A DNA stretch of 59,120 bases, filler included. It is 8 parts of 8 records of this genome, joined end to end, with 100 filler letters (N's around TTAATTAATTAA, not from the genome) between each part and the next. Parts side by side here need not be neighbours in the genome. Positions count along the whole stretch, not along the records: positions 51,813 to 59,120 come from SRR31147125_168972; 7 more parts are not named here. The stretch is one strand, 5' to 3'. How positions within the stretch are numbered: the first letter of the stretch is position 1; the number at the start of each line of letters is the position of its first letter. Under the pieces are notes generated by a model. That model made no database searches. It saw nothing but the letters and a program-made list of their open reading frames with translations, and was not told where the DNA came from. The position numbers were made by a program, and so were the translations under genes. Of this stretch, positions 57,962 through 59,120 are shown in pieces.

Positions 57962-58810
57962 TTAATAAAAGCTTGAAAGTTCCAAGGCCCGGTCCAGACG
58001 GCTCATGAATCCTTCATTGACCTCCGGATAATGGGCAAGCCCCTTAAAATAGGTTTTCCCCTGGATCTGAAGGGTTAAGCATTCCACTTCGAATCCCATA
58101 TCTTCCAATGCCCTGCGCCAGCTGTCCTCATCCCCCATCAGATCCTCTTCCACATGGAGTCCGGCAAAGTACATCATGGGGATAATCCTCACCCGCCGGT
58201 ATCGGGCGGCCAGGCCTTCTTGTTGAATTTTTGAAAACACAGCCCCATGGTCGGGTACCCCTTCAACAGATGCCGTGATCACGTTGGGGTACATATCAGA
58301 CACCAGCCGTTCAAATCCCAGGTAGACGATATTCACCGGATCGGCGGCCAGAGGCGTGCCGTGAATCGCCAGAATGTTCAGCCCCTCCTCTGGGTCTATG
58401 AAATCGGTTTCCACAGATCCAAGGATCTCTTTTACAAAATCCCAGCGGTGCAGAAGCGTTTCCCCTGGAAACACCCGCAGGCCCGGAAAACTACAGGTTT
58501 CTGCCAGCTGCTGGTATTCTGTCCCGGGGAAAACATGGAGGGGCTGTACCACAGCCTTTCGGTATCCGGCGGCCTCAACCTTGGCAAGGGTTTCCTGGAG
58601 ACTGGGCAGCTTGAGCTTTTTACGTATAATTTCAGAGGTATAGGCCCAAAAGATCTCCCTATCCGGATAAGCGTCTTTTATCTTAGCCTCGATACGGTCA
58701 AGGGCAGCTTTGGCCCGGGTGGTGCTGCCAAAGGCGGCAATAACAATGGCGGGGTCTGATTTCAACTTGGGCAGACGAATTTTACGGCCTACATATCCGT
58801 TCTGGTGCAT
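57962..58810 (-). CDS. cbiK: Sirohydrochlorin cobaltochelatase, CbiK family
   Basis: AAFGSTT, WAYTSEIIR, VVQPLHVFPGTEY, HGT, SVEG.P, PMMYFAGLHVEEDL.GD..SW; B12 riboswitch upstream. Confidence 0.88.
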   Translation of the reverse strand: MHQNGYVGRKIRLPKLKSDPAIVIAAFGSTTRAKAALDRIEAKIKDAYPDREIFWAYTSEIIRKKLKLPSLQETLAKVEAAGYRKAVVQPLHVFPGTEYQQLAETCSFPGLRVFPGETLLHRWDFVKEILGSVETDFIDPEEGLNILAIHGTPLAADPVNIVYLGFERLVSDMYPNVITASVEGVPDHGAVFSKIQQEGLAARYRRVRIIPMMYFAGLHVEEDLMGDEDSWRRALEDMGFEVECLTLQIQGKTYFKGLAHYPEVNEGFMSRLDRALELSSFY

Positions 58811-58967
58811 TTATGGGGTACTCCTTTGGAGTTGCGGCGGCACTCTCCTGTATTTAAGAGATCAAGTCCCAAAACCTTGTCGCCGTATGGGTCAGGGGAA
58901 GCCGTTTTAATTCCCGGGATAAACGCAAGACAGGCCGCTTTTTTCCCTCAAGCGGTCTGCAAGACGT

Positions 58968-59120
58968 TACAGGCAGGTCTTCTGGCTTCTCTCCCCTTTA
59001 GAAGGCCTTCCCACCCGGATATCCCGGCCAGTGGCCATGTTTTTCCAAAGGCTTTGCTTTTCCTTTATACTCGCAAAAAATATGAGAGTGACAGCGGCGG
59101 GTCCGCTCCCGATTTTAACG
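58968..59120 (-). ncRNA. Cobalamin riboswitch (5' end outside the window)
   Basis: Minus strand CCCGCCGCTGT...GCCACTGG...GGGAAGGC...AGCCAGAAGACCTGCC (B12 box), upstream of cbiK. Confidence 0.92.

Overview
This window is not one locus. It is eight unrelated metagenomic contigs joined by artificial 100-nt N/TTAATTAATTAA linkers. (1) 1-5360, Desulfuromonadales-like: a type I restriction-modification operon containing a HEPN gene and an MNT nucleotidyltransferase fused in frame to HsdR. (2) 5461-18360, intron-rich protist: Cdc15-like kinase, Cys-rich secreted protein, sestrin, POLD2, LYR protein, RING protein, glycosyltransferase. (3) 18461-26285, Desulfobacteraceae-like: four PEP-CTERM-type surface proteins, two c-di-GMP-I riboswitches, a PrsT-like TPR protein and a degenerate WecB. 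(4) 26386-31587: a class III ribonucleotide reductase with the glycyl-radical loop on a separate small ORF, NrdR and DnaA boxes, nikR and a Ni/Co ECF transporter. (5) 31688-40484: Zn-uptake genes, an S41 peptidase/beta-barrel pair, a HEPN-MNT relic, sugar ABC permeases and a GH3. (6) 40585-45825, protist: a spliced GlpA-BFD/FAD-oxidoreductase/DUF1667/flavodoxin/FNR fusion. (7) 45926-51712, protist: MCM7 and a coiled-coil protein. (8) 51813-59120: uvrA, aroC, an MCP, and cbiK behind a cobalamin riboswitch. Many genes carry single-base indels, nearly all in homopolymer runs, which are best read as sequencing errors. The best novelty candidates are the HEPN/MNT-HsdR coupling, the protist G3P-dehydrogenase-CPR fusion, the riboswitch-controlled PEP-CTERM proteins resembling B12-capture proteins, and the split NrdD. 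All family and taxon calls come from motif recognition by eye, and no database searches were run.
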